Shown here: positions 37,238 through 50,706 of the stretch, one piece after another | How positions within the stretch are numbered: the first letter of the stretch is position 1 | Layout of the letters: the number at the start of each line of letters is the position of its first letter | Assembly: GCA_964016885.1 (NCBI GenBank) | Contig: OZ024742.1 | Span: forward strand, 175,708,001-175,772,000 | Reading direction: 5' to 3' | DNA from: Eledone cirrhosa | Taxonomy: Eukaryota | Length of the DNA stretch: 64,000 nt | Notes under the pieces: model-generated | What the model saw: only the letters and a program-made list of their open reading frames with translations | Database searches by the model: none | Told to the model about the DNA's origin: nothing | Translations under genes and position numbers: made by a program

Positions 37238-37720
37238 GAGGTATGTTCAAGTAATTGTTTCTACTTTAGGCACAAGGCCAGAAATTACCCAGTGCATTAC
37301 TGGTACTTTATTTTATCGACCCCGTAAGGATGAAAGGCAAAGTTAACCTCGGCGGGATTTGAACTCAGAATGGCAAGGGCCGCAACTCTATGCGTCAAAG
37401 CATGGCGTCCGACCCTCTACCGATACTGCCAAACCGCCGCCCGAGGTATGTTCAAGTAATGAGATAATTTTAAGAGAGACATTTTCATAAGCTTACAAAA
37501 CTTTGTCTCCTTCAAAATAATCGTCTCTCACATCCAGATACTTGTCCACACCAGGAACGTCTCCTCCCAAACATCTCAAAGAATTTTAATGATGTCTCAT
37601 TCAGCTCCTCTGTTTACTCAAATCCGATTCCCATGAGACTGTTTTTCATGCATGGAAACAGGAGGAAGTCACAAGGAGCCATATCTGGGCTGTAGGGAAG
37701 GGGAGGCGGGTTTGTACCAC
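37237..37720 (-). mobile_element. mariner 3' fragment
   Basis: TA-CGAGGT TIR start; minus strand PYSPDMAPCDFLLFP (YSPDLAP motif). Confidence 0.7.
37253..37441 (-). mobile_element. SINE family A variant with 19-bp TSD
   Basis: CGAGGTATGTTCAAGTAAT at 37237-37255 and 37442-37460. Confidence 0.88.
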
Positions 37721-37859
37721 TTTAATGCATCACCAACAGTTCCGATATTGCCATGTCTGATGAGGTGTCCAACTTCCAACATGGCTGATATATCAGCAGT
37801 AGAGAGCAGAGCGAGGGGTTGATCCTTGGATTTTCCCAGCCTCAGTGATTTCTTCAGTG

Positions 37860-38640
37860 AGAATTTTTTTCTTTTCTAGGTTTAAAATCAGTAGGTTGGA
37901 ATTTGCAGACAACATGGTGTTACTTAACTCGACAGATAGGGATCTCCAACTTTCACTTGATAGGTGTTATGCCAAATGCTGCATTGGTGGAATGAAAATC
38001 AGTGCTGCAAAAACAGAGATGCTCATCCTTTCAAGGAAGCCTACGCAGTGTACTCTACATGTAAATGGAGTTCTACTGAAGAAGATAGAGAAGTTCAAGT
38101 ATCTCGGGGCCATGTTCCTGAGTGGTGTAAGGCAGGAGGCTGAATTAAGTACAATAATTACAGGAGCTGGGGCAGTAATGCACCAGCTTCAGCATTCGAT
38201 AATCAGAAGAAGGGAGTTAAGTATAAACTTTCTATCTTCAATTCGGTTTTCATACCAGCCCTTACATATGATCATGACTCTTGGGTAATGACTGAAAGAA
38301 TACAATTACAAATACCAGTGACCGAAATGGGATTCCTCCGAAGGGTCCTTGGAGTAATGTTACTCGATAGAATGTGTAACTTGGAGATCAGAGAGTCACT
38401 CCAGGTAGAGCCACTACTTCTCCAAATTGAGAGATGACAGCCATAATACTATGGGTGTGAGGTTAGAATGTCTCGGGAAAGAATCGGTGGATAGATTTTA
38501 TGAACAAAACCAACTGACAGGAGACCCCCAGGGATAGACTCTGAGCAAGATGATTGGATAACATCCATGAGCTTGACTGGTCTCACTTGAGGATCCAACT
38601 GGTTTAGTTGGAGACAGTTGCTTCTGACTGACCCACTGAA
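37860..38640 (+). mobile_element. old RTE-type LINE 3' fragment
   Basis: LEFADNMVLL, KISAAKTE, EKFKYLG motifs, then frameshifted C-terminus. Confidence 0.75.
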
Positions 38641-40308
38641 AGGAGTGTTTAAGTACCTTTTAACATCTATTATTTTGAGGAAATTCAGCATTACGATAGA
38701 TATAAATAGACACTTTATGAATAGATTTGAGCAGTGTAAAGACCAGGGCAAGGCTGGGAGACTGCACGTGCTAGAATAAAATACAAGCAGTACACTGTAT
38801 AAAATAGTATCTGTATAAGAGTGTCAAGATGGCTGTTTAGTTTGATTGAGGTAATGATAATCTCTCTAGTGTTGTTACCACTATAAAATGCATTCAGTGC
38901 ATTCTGTAAAATAGTAGGTGTTATGAAGCCCACCCAACTTATGCCAGAAAGGAAAGCATACATAAGAGGATGAGGATGATGATGATGATAATGCTACTGG
39001 TGTGTTACAAGTAGTGACTAAATGGAAGTGACTGAAAGTGTAAAGTCTGAGGACACTTGAGATCTCAATGATAATCAGTAGAAAAAAGAAGTGTATAGTA
39101 AAATCCCAGTGTTTGGATATCTTCTGCTCCTCTATGTTACAGGTAGCAATGTGTGCCTGAAGCAACATTTTACTATGTGCTAGTATTACACTGCTATCAA
39201 TTTGATTCAAAGGAGAATTTAATAGCATAAGAAGCACTATCATTTGTTCAATTTACAGGTGCATGAAAAACACTATGCATTTGTCTCCTTTAAATTTTGC
39301 ACTTTAGATAATCATAGTAATATGGTTGGTGTTAGAAAGGACAACCAGCCATAGAAAACCCTGCCCAAAACAGGTTTGTGTGAGCAAGATATAGTTACCT
39401 CACCAGACTAGCTTCATAACATAACTGGTCTAGCCAATGCAAGCGTGGAAAATGGATGTTATACAATGATTGATATTTATATATTTAATGATTTTTAATC
39501 AAGAACTTAGTGTTTTTACATGCTAATAAACATTGCACACACGCATACACATGCACACAAATATATCTACATGAATATCTTTGAACTAAATCTAAGCAGT
39601 GACATGACTCTGTGGTTAAGGATTTCCCTTTGTAACCATGGGGCTTCATGGTCACATGGAACCTTAGACAAATGTCTAATATAGCCTTGAGTTAACCAAA
39701 GCCTCGCGAGTGAAATTTGGTAGACATAAACTGTCTATCTCTCATCTCTCTCTCTCTTTGTGTGTGTATATATATAAATAGTACATTATAGTAGATAACC
39801 CTCCTTGTATATATAATCCATTACATTTATTTTAGAAATTTCAAGTATTTCTGCACGTTAATAAACATCACCCACACACACATGCAGACATCCACAAAAC
39901 ACATCTACACCCACAAACACACATTTCTATGAATATATACTTGAACTCTATTGATTGATTCATAATTATATATTTCCCTACAATTTAGAGAATTAGCAGA
40001 GGCAGTGTGATGTGATATGAAGATACTGGTTTGTCTATTCATCAACTTCCTTCAAATAGAAGATTTTTCAAAAGGAAGTTGGAACAATAGATGATAGAGA
40101 ATTGTTTGATGATTTGTGATTTACGACTTCATTTAAAGATCTACTGCTATTATTTATATGGTGATAACATTGAAGGAGTAGAAAACAAGGAGAGACAATT
40201 TTAATTTAATAGCTATCATATCAATCATTCATATTCATTTACAATGACTACCTATATATACAAATTCTGCTCAAAACTTGTGTTTGCTCATATATCTGTG
40301 TCTGTATG

Positions 40309-40362
<54 letters not shown>

Positions 40363-40704
40363 TGAAAGTAAAGGATAGATCCTCTATTTTCACTTATATA
40401 TCGACTCTGCATCTTTCCAAGTACATCTCTGATATATGGTCTTCTAAGTACCTGTACTGCTGACTATATATATATTCATCATCATATCATTTAATGTACA
40501 TTATCCATAGATGGGACAGAGACCATATCATGGTCATATGGATCTATTTGTATTTTGGTAGGTTTCTATGGCTGGCTGCCTTTAATAACACCAACCACAT
40601 TAGTGTGAAATTATTGTTTTTATTATGGCACGGAAATGACCACATTATCGGGTCAACTGGGTGCTTTTGTCATGGAGAGAGGATTGGTGCAGACTACATA
40701 CATA

Positions 40705-41923
40705 CGAGTGAGTAAAAACAATAATGCAATTTTTAACATGACACATTCACTCTTGATCTTTAATTAGGTGACTTTCTTTTTTTTTTCAGATATACAAATA
40801 TATGAGCTGATAGGAAAATAGTCCATCAGAAGCAAAGAACAGTAATCTAGATTCTCGTTGCCAAAGCAGAAACTCCTATAAAGATTCATAAATGACTGAA
40901 AAACATATACAAAAATAAAGCTTTAGACTACAGCAATACGTGGAAATGAACCTGCAGTCTGAATGAGAATTCAACAGACCAAGAAGAATTGGAGAATTCA
41001 GCAGACATGTTACTTAGTGGTCAACCATTAACTTCTCTCAAGCCTTCCAACAAGGAAGAAGCAGATGCTTGAATCAGAACTGATTGGTGCATAACCATTC
41101 ATAAGCTGGCCTCAGAGCTTGGAGTTAGCCATGCTAGTTTTCAAAAGATTATTGAATAACTTGGATATTCAAAAGTGTGTGTCTGCTGACAGGGTTAACG
41201 GTTGCACTGAACCCCTTGAAGTCAGGGAAAGAGACAAAACTTTCTTTCAAACACACATAACTGGTGATGAAACTTGCATTCATCATTATGAACCAGAATC
41301 AAAATGACAATCAATGGAATGGTGTCATTCGTTGTCTCCAAAAACAAAAACTTCAAGGCATAAAAGTCATCTGGATGCTCAAGGTAGTATTCTTGTAGAT
41401 TCCTTCCTTGCCAAGCGGAGAAACAGTCAACTTTGAAGCATACATTGAAACCATTAAAAGATTTAGTGCAAGAGTCTGCCAAGTAATGTCAAATTTTGAG
41501 ATGAATAAAGTTCTTCTTCAACATAATAACACCATGCCTCACTCAAGCCTCAGAAAAAGTAGGAGTCAAATCAGCACGTTTGGTTGGACAACTCTGTCAC
41601 ATCCTCCGCCACTCATCTAACTTATCTCCTATATGTGTATTCCAATGATAGAAGCACTGAAGAGCAAAAGTTGCAGTGATGATGAAAAAGTGAAAACTGC
41701 TGTAAGGTATTGGCTACATCAGCAGTCACCCGAGTTTTACAAAGCTGTGATACATGCCATCATTCATTGGTAGAACACTGCCATTGAAATAAGTGGTAAC
41801 TGTGTTGCGAAGTAGGATGAGAACCTGTGATGGTGAGGTATAACTTGATGTACGATATGCTTGATTGTTTTCTATATTTCTCATATAATAAAACAATTTA
41901 CATAAATTCTTTACTCATACTCA
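40705..41923 (+). mobile_element. mariner transposon, decayed
   Basis: ITGDETCIHHYEPESK, LLQHNN..PH; imperfect TIRs CGAGTGAGTAAA / TTTACTCATACTC. Confidence 0.8.
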
Positions 41924-41949
41924 CATATATATATATATATATGAATACA

Positions 41950-42690
41950 CAAGCAATGTGGTGGGATATCAGGTAGATAAACAAAAAAGGAAGACTTTGT
42001 ATGTAAAAGATGTACATGGGTAGTTGAGGGGGAAGAACGTCAGTGATATAAACTTTCTCAAATCACAGAAAGGATCTATAGAAGTGGGTAATAGTTTCTC
42101 CTGTCTAAGTGACTTAATAAGCAGCAGAGGAGGGTGCTCTGAGAGCATGATAGCTAGAATAAGAATAAGATTGAAGAAGTTTAGAAACATATTCCCACTA
42201 TTGACAACAAAAGATTCATCCCAAGATACAAATGGACGACTCTCAGATGGCTGTATGCAAAGTGCGATGCTGCATGCTGGTGAAATATGGGCAGTGGCTA
42301 TAGAGGACCTGCATAGGCTGGAGATAAATGAAGCAGCTATGCTTCAGTGGATGTGCAATATAAAGGTGAGAGAAAGGCATATCTTGGATGAATTGAGGGA
42401 GATTCTGGACTTGAGATAAATCTAAAGGGGTGTGCAGGAGAGAAATATTGCATTGGTATGGACATGTAATGCTCATAGGAGATGAATGCTGGGTAAAGAA
42501 GTGCTACGAAATCCCAATCGAAGGAAGCCACCATAGAGGTAAACCAAGGATGACTTAGGCAGAGGTGGTTAAATCTGATCTCAAATTGCAGAGATGCACA
42601 GAGATGATGAAAAAATGTACTGAGTGGAGAGATGCTGAAGAGGGCTTGTCCAACCAATGCAAGTAGGGAAAAGGGGACAGATGATGATGA
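41950..42690 (+). mobile_element. RTE LINE 3' fragment (family of 60571-62402)
   Basis: DFVCKRC..GGCSESMIARIRI..AMLHAGEIW..MLQWMC; tail TCCAACCAATGCAAG..GGAC..(GAT)n. Confidence 0.82.
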
Positions 42691-42744
42691 TGGTGGTGGT
42701 GTGGGGGTGGTGTGGGGGTGGTGGTGGTGGTGTGGTGTGGTGTG

Positions 42745-42778
<34 letters not shown>

Positions 42779-44172
42779 GTGTTTATGAAAATTTATATGG
42801 ATTCACACAAATGCTGTATACAAATATTGTTTGGAGATATTCCTAGGATATAAGGTATATAATATACTGAATTGTAAAACAGGACTATTATTATTGTTAT
42901 GCCAATATACAATTTACAGAACATATAATTGAAATCACACAGTTGAAGGATTTCTTTCGAGAAAGGTCTTTACAGTCAGCAGTTACAGATGGAAATATCA
43001 TATTTACATACATCCTCCAACATACACACTGTATGCAAAACAATTTATTTTATATAATTATTACTTGAAATTACAGAAAAGCATAAAACATTGTACATTA
43101 CATTATATCACAACATGTTATCTATCTGTATATATATATGTGGGCATGCATTATGTTAATCATTCTCTGGTACTGTTTTTTTCCATGTTTTATTTTACTT
43201 AGATATATCTATCAAGTTAATTGTGTATGTGCATGAGTATATATATATATATATATATATGTTTAACCACAAGCGAGTTTGAAATTAGAAACAGAAATGG
43301 AAAAAAGATGAGTATTGACATACATGTATGTCAATACTTGTCTTTTTCCATATTTTTGAGGGTTCTAAACCCCACTATCAGGCTAACATTTCTTTAGTGA
43401 AAAATATATGTATACATTTATGTATATATGTTTATATATAGAGTCTGTAGTGCTGAAGACCACTAATTACGGGAGTACTCAATGCATGAGGAAAGGCAGA
43501 ATAGGTCTAGAGAAATGTGAAACCCCAAACATGGTAGCAAGCGGTTTTGGCTTGTGTAATTTCACATATCTCAACATGGATCAACTAAGCACTCTTGCCA
43601 TAATAACACATTTTGAACTGCTTATCTTCAAGAACTATGCCTGTAAATAATATTATTTTTTCTTTCCCATTACTTTATTATGTTCCACATTACCACCCCA
43701 CCCCACCACTTTTTTTTTTCTTTTCACTTCAAAAACCTTGTTTGTAAATAACATTATTCTTTCTTCACCATTTCCTTAACATGTTCAAAATCAACATTTT
43801 ACACCAATACAAATTCCCCCCTTTGATAATGCATAAAAGGCTGAAACCGGTAATAGACAATTATTAAATATATAAATAAATAAATAAATGCCATTGTTAA
43901 TTAATAAATAAATTAACTAATACCTTAACACTTCACACAAAGTAAAATATTTTGTTTTAAACATTTTCTAACCCAGAAAAAAATAAATAAAAGGGAAAAC
44001 ATTTTTTTTTTTCCTAATAATCGTCTTTTTCTCCCTATTTTCATATATATATATGTATATTATATATTATATATATATAAGTAGTTAAGAGTGCAATTGG
44101 ATTGCGTTCACAGGCGGTATGTCATGATGAGTACTTGATGCTATTAGGGAGGAGAGTATGAATAGAAATAAT

Positions 44173-44290
44173 AATTGTTTCTATATTTGGCACAAGGCCA
44201 GCAATTATCCCAGTGCATTACTGGTACTTTATTTTATCGACACCGTAAGGATGAAAGGCAAAGTTAACCTCGGCGGGATTTGAACTCAGA
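44173..44290 (-). mobile_element. SINE family A, 5'-truncated
   Basis: 3' half of family A; AGAAATAATAAT on both sides. Confidence 0.85.
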
Positions 44291-44902
44291 AATAATAATA
44301 TGATAATATTATTATTATTATTATTTATATTTTATATATATATATACACACACAGGTTTGTATATATATACACACATGTATATGTGTGTGTATATATATA
44401 TACATACTAACACATATTATCATGTCTATCTTGTCAGCCAGTGCATTTCATCTGGCATACCATCTCATGAAATCAATTTATATTACCAATTATTTACATT
44501 TTCAATCTAAAATTTTCAGGAAAACTATATTTTTTTTAGTTAATGCTATTACTAACATTCCAAATCATTTTATTTCATCATCAATTGCATCAATTTTCAG
44601 TCACCTACATATAAAATATAATCAATTAATCAATAGATCAACTGACCTATCAACTATCAGAAATAGTTAACAGGTGTTGGCATTCTCTATAAAGCTATTC
44701 AATGATATGTATTCAGCCTAATACTACATTTGATGCAATCATTATTATTCAACAATATAACAAGATAGTAATCTAATATAATTCAAATTGTGAAATGTTG
44801 CTGGCACTCATCTTTTCTCACTGTCTAATCTTCTGTTACATGTTAAAAGGAATAGAAGTTGTCATGTTATTCTATAAAAATGGTTCAGCTCATCACAATG
44901 AA

Positions 44903-45045
44903 AGTATGTGGCCTAGTAATAGGGTGTTGGTCATAATGTCATAAGTTCAATTCCTGGCATGGGTTGTGTGTTGTGTTCTTGAGCTAAATATTTTATTTCA
45001 CATTGCTCCAGTATAATCACCTGAAAATGAGTACCAGTTGTAGCT
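44903..45045 (+). mobile_element. degenerate family-B-like SINE head
   Basis: TGGCCTAGT..AAGTTCAATTCC..TTCTTGAGC..TTATTTCACATTGCTCCAG. Confidence 0.55.
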
Positions 45046-46329
45046 GGCGGTTTAGCACAAAATCACAAGTGTTTCTTTTAACATGTAACAATACATTAGA
45101 TAGTAGGAAATGATGAGTGCCAGCAATATTTAACAATTTGAAGCAGTAGTTTTAGAAAATGATGGATGGGAAATGATGAGAAGGAGAGGGTGAGAAAATG
45201 AGAGACAGCTACATGGTGGTTGTTGGTAAGGAGATAGAATGGAAAGAGTATGAGAATTGGGTTGATAGAATAAGAGAGAATGAGAGCGAGTACAAGAGAA
45301 TGAAACCTAGCAACATAAGGGTTGTGAGCAAGGATATTCAATATAAAGATCATGAGTATTGAGCTGAGGGAAGAAAGATTGACAAGAGGAAGACAATGTG
45401 ATGAAAAAGTGAAGTATTAGAGTGGTGGAGAGTAAGAGTTAAGGAGAGCAATAAAGATGTATAATAAGAGAGAGATGGGTGTCAAAATGCAAAATCAATG
45501 TAAATCATTAAACATAAAATAAAATTCAAAATTGATTTTTTTTATGCTCTAGCTATTACAATTGTTTCATAATTTGGCCATTTTAATTAGCATCAAATTG
45601 ACACTAACATTTAAATCAGTTAAACTTAGTGAGAGAAAGAAAGGAGAGAGTGGAAAAGAAGGAAACATATAGAGGGATAGTGGAGAGTGATGGGGAATAG
45701 GGAAAGAACAAAAGAAATAGAGGAGAGAAGATGTCATGCAAATAAAATCATAGTTTATTGAGAAATGGTAGCATGATAGCATTGTGTATATAAATACACA
45801 TAAAACGAGTAGGCATTTGCATCTTTACATAGTCAACCACCTTGCTTGCATGCAATTTAACACATTAATGAGGTATTGCACTTATAATATCTGTGTGCAA
45901 AAGACTGGAGAACAGCTCTATTAGTAAGATGTATGTGTGATGACAACAAAACCCAAAATTGTGTCTTTCAACAAAAAACAGATATTTCATTATAAACTAT
46001 GACTAGAAATAAATAAACTTATAAATAAATAAACTTTGTATGTCAAATGTGCCGCATGTTGACGCTGGAAAGATTGAATCATTGAGAGCTTTGACTTTCT
46101 TTGGAAGAATGTGGTTTGGTTAAAGCAAAAGGTCTGCTACCTACCAATGATGAGAGATAAAAGGCAGAGGGATGGACTGATTGAGCATAGAGATGAGAGA
46201 ATGACACAAAGGGATTGACAAGGAGACAAACCAGTAAATGGCAAAAGTTTAAAAGAGAGTAAAGAAAAGTGAAAAAATTGAAAAATGAGTACCTTTTTGG
46301 CAAAATATATATGAGGGAATATATCAATA

Positions 46330-46510
46330 ATAGTTTCTACGTTAGGCACAAGGCCAGCAATTACCCAGTGCATTACTTGTACTTTATTTTATCGACCCCG
46401 TAAGGATGAAAGGCAAAGTCAACCTCGGCGGGATTTGAACTCAGATCGTAAAGGGACGTAACTATGCTGGAAAGCATGGCGTCCGACCCTCTACCGATAC
46501 TGCCAATCCA
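46330..46510 (-). mobile_element. SINE family A, near full length
   Basis: Near-identical reverse complement of 33451-33635. Confidence 0.88.
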
Positions 46511-47449
46511 GTGTATACAGTAGACATATTTATGCAGGATAGAAAAAAACAGGAAACAAACATTTTGGTTTAAACACTTTAACAAATAGATTATGAAATG
46601 AATAAGGAATAAGGAAAATTGGAGTAATATCAGTGGATTTAAAAGCAGATGTGGTGTAAATTGCCTCATCAAATAGAATGAGTGTGTGTCTATGTGTGTG
46701 TGTGTGTCATTTATATTCCAGTTTTTCATACTGGCATGGGTATGGCGGGATGTTTTGAGAATGTTTTACAGCTGTATAACATTCCTGATGCCAACCTTTT
46801 TATTCATCACTTACAAGACAAATCGGAGATGTAGAAGAGTCGGGCTTCGATCGCCTTGATAACATCCGAGCTGATCGATATTGAAACACTTGTAATATGC
46901 AAATAAAGTTTCTACACAAGCTGCAAATCTGACTTCAATTATTTTCACTATATATATATATATATATATATATAGTATGGTTGCTAGAATGCGTCCATAG
47001 GCGGTATGCCAGTTGAGCATTCTAAACTCCTTTGGACGGGAGTATGATAAAATGGAAAATGAAGAATCAGTGATGCATCGGAACACAATTTATTACATAT
47101 TACAATTGTTCCTCTGGAAAACAGCTCGCGGTGCGATCTGTTTGTGGATCGAACCTGACTTCCGATTCGCAAGTTCCTCAGATACGTCTGGTGATTTCGA
47201 AGCAAATTCTCTTTCTGCAGGGCTCTGACCCTTCGAATCTATATCATATGCATTCATCCTGCTTGCGCGGCCCTTAGATTGGTCGATGTTTCGTGAAATC
47301 ATCATAGTTCTTGACCACTGAAATCTGCCCACTGGCCATCTCCATTCAGGTGTGAGCTGTCACTCATCCCAATCCCATCGGCAAAATTACTGCTATGTGT
47401 AGTAGAGTTTTAAAACAGCACAGCTTATCCGTGCTGATGGATCCTAATA

Positions 47450-48984
47450 TGGGCATACCGGCCTTACCACAAGCCCAACGAGAACCTGCAATATGTAAAC
47501 AGGCACTCGAACCACCCTAAGTCCGTAATAGACGCCATTGTAAAAGGGGTAACCAAACGTGTATCCACCCTGTCGGCTAACACAGACGTGTTAAACCAGC
47601 ACGCCAATTATTATAATGAGATACTGCGCAGGGCCAGTTACACAGAAACCATAGTGTACACCCCACACAAGAAAGGCCCAGCGGCGAGGAACACGGATAT
47701 GAGGATAGCAATAGTACTTACATAGGTGGGCAGAACACCCTGGAACACGCATCCAAGAATAGGACTAGCAATATAGATTACCACAAGGACACAAAACTGA
47801 CACTAAGACAGACGAAGGCACACACGGTTGGTAGACCACATAGTACACGCAGACAGAATCTCAACACAGACAAAATACAAGGCGTGGGAACTAGAACTAG
47901 TGACAGAGTAAAGACAGCTCTGGACGTGGAACCAGATAGAGGGAACGCCCGGTTAATATCATAGACATAGCCCCGACAATAGCACCAGATAGCATTAACG
48001 TGACTACCAGTAGGGCCGACAATATAGAACAGCATATTTTAGTAAGCGAACAGTGTAATTCAGATGCACACGGTAGATATATTTATATATATATATACAT
48101 ATAGCGGCAACATAAGGGATGAACTAACGGGTAGACACAACACGTGAGGGATACTTGACCCACCACACATTACCTCTACTACACACAGACGACGGAATAG
48201 GACTAGGTCTAGGACTAGTATGTTGTTTAACGCGCCGTATTTGAAGCATGTTTTCAGCAAGGTACCAGGCCTCATCTTCAGAACGTTGGACGAGGGCTTC
48301 CCGCCATCTAACAGATACCACAGGATATTCAACCGCCACACAGTAAAGTTCTCCTTCTCCATTGCACTTAACATGGCAGAGTATATGGCCAAAACCAATG
48401 CAGTTAGATTGGGGAAACTCGACCGCCAACTACGGCAGGCGGCCGACGGTCCTGGGGGGTCTGGAAGACCACATCGAGGCAGGGTTATGAACTATGGTCT
48501 GGTCCCCACAGTAGCGGGCACACCCGCGGAAGACGCAGTACTCGACTACATGGTGGAACTGAATGATGGAAAGGAGCCCTCTGCACTGACAGAGCAACAC
48601 CAAGAGAATCCGGGGAACGCCGTAATAAGACCAGGACCCAGCATAAGGAATGAGCAACATAACAACCGAACATGCAACTGCAGAGTAGGCACACAATGCC
48701 CTCTGCAGGGAAGATGCCTAACGAAGAGCGTAGTATATAAATGTGTGGTTAACACGCATAACAGCAACCGCACCTACATCGGCGCAGCATCCACAACCTT
48801 TAAATCGAGGATGTACAATCACACAAACTCTTTCAAGGACCGGAGCAAGAGACACTCCACTAGGCTGGCGAACATAATATGGGATTTGAAGGACACCGGC
48901 ACCTCGTATGATCTCAACTGGAGTATCGTACATCACAGAAGGTGCATACTCTCCGCATGGGCACCCCCGGATGGCCCCAACTAA
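47450..48984 (+). mobile_element. Penelope-like element fragment (thumb, linker, GIY-YIG)
   Basis: YRPYHKPNENLQYVNRHSNHP (~47455); FNAPY..RIFNRHTVKFSFS; CNCRVGTQCPLQGRC..VVYKC..TYIGAAS..FKSRMYNH. Confidence 0.85.
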
Positions 48985-49628
48985 AACATACGGGGAAGCG
49001 GACACCAGTCAGGGTGGCGGCGTGGGTCCATGGGAACCGACACCATACCTTGATAACTATGTATGCCCTGTGGGATAGGTCGACACAATCAATGCTGCCC
49101 ATTAGACTCCGCACCCCATCTTAAACACGGCCGTGGCAGAAACCATCACACTGTGGCTAAATTTCCATGGGTATAATCAATCACGTATCATACATCACTA
49201 GGGCACTCTATTTCAGCCACATTACCATACTCTATTATAGGCTGTTCTCCCGCACTCCCTACGTAATATTTCGATGTATAGCACCACGTGCCTGCTGCAT
49301 GCACCTTCCAAATATTTTTTATACAGTTTATTTTCATATATGTGCGTACATCTTTCTGAGTGAGTGCATAAATGCGTGTGTGTGGGGGGTATATATGTAT
49401 GTGTGTGTGTGTATGTGTATGTAAAAGTACGCGCATGTGTGTGCGCGCATGCACACACACATATATATATGCGTGTATATAGGTATATGTGTGCGTATAT
49501 ATATATATATATATGTGTCTCTGTGTGTGTAAGAGTAGCCTTAAATGAACGCATATGTAAGCATATGTGTGTATCTATGAGTGCGCATGTGTGTGTATGT
49601 ATGTACATGTGTAGGAAAAAAATATATA

Positions 49629-49683
<55 letters not shown>

Positions 49684-50377
49684 TTGTGTGTGTATGTATA
49701 TATATATGTATAAATGTGGGTCCCTTATGTGTACTTGTGGGCATGTGTCTGCGTATGAATGTACTTATATATTAGAGGTGAATATGTGAATGTGTATATA
49801 TGTATATATATATACATGTATATATATAGATACATGTAGATATTACACAAGTATCAAAGTTATGTTTAAAACATTTAATCGCTGACAATTGTTTCTTCCA
49901 AACTTAAGCATGATATCCTCGGAGCATTATCAATGATTGTACATATAATTAACCACCTATTCAACTGAAGAATCATACAGATACATATATATTAATGTTG
50001 TAGACAACAGTTTCATGTTTACAGGGTGGAATGTATGCGACATACATTATATGAGAATTGTACAGTAATTGAAATTAAGATTAAAATTTAAATTTAAAAT
50101 TTAAAATTAAAATTAAAAGCACAGATGGTAATACATGCGGCAGATAATACAAGAGAATAGTCTAATAATTAAAGAGATACTACATGCGTTAGTCACATAT
50201 AAAGGATTGGAACAAGCAAATGTATTATGCATATATTTATATTACTGCTCTGTAAAACAACTGATATTCTTACATTGAGCTATTTCTCTTACTGGTAATA
50301 AGGTAGCAATAAATTACTGGCCTTCCCTGATTATAGTTGTTTATAGTATAGTATATACATAACTATAAATAGTATAT

Positions 50378-50384
<7 letters not shown>

Positions 50385-50420
<36 letters not shown>

Positions 50421-50434
50421 TATATATATATATG

Positions 50435-50506
<72 letters not shown>

Positions 50507-50537
50507 AATATATATATATACATGTATATATATATAT

Positions 50538-50581
<44 letters not shown>

Positions 50582-50618
50582 ATCTATATATATATACATG
50601 TATATATATACATGTATA

Positions 50619-50706
<88 letters not shown>
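50385..50706. repeat. (TA)n microsatellite
   Basis: Directly visible. Confidence 0.95.

Noticed and set aside
27900-39270. Host exons after splice-acceptor-like sites (~27924, ~39141, ~39258)
   Set aside because: No matching donor sites or recognisable coding sequence; small exons cannot be excluded without RNA data
43818-43858. TTGATAA..GAAA-CCGG-TA hammerhead relic (similar relics at ~46853-46900, 49868-49940 minus and 56655-56705 minus)
   Set aside because: Two or more core mismatches and weak helix I; plausible fossils but not supportable individually
46975-47345. Possible solo LTR
   Set aside because: LTR-like composition, but no clear TG..CA pair, TSD or second copy
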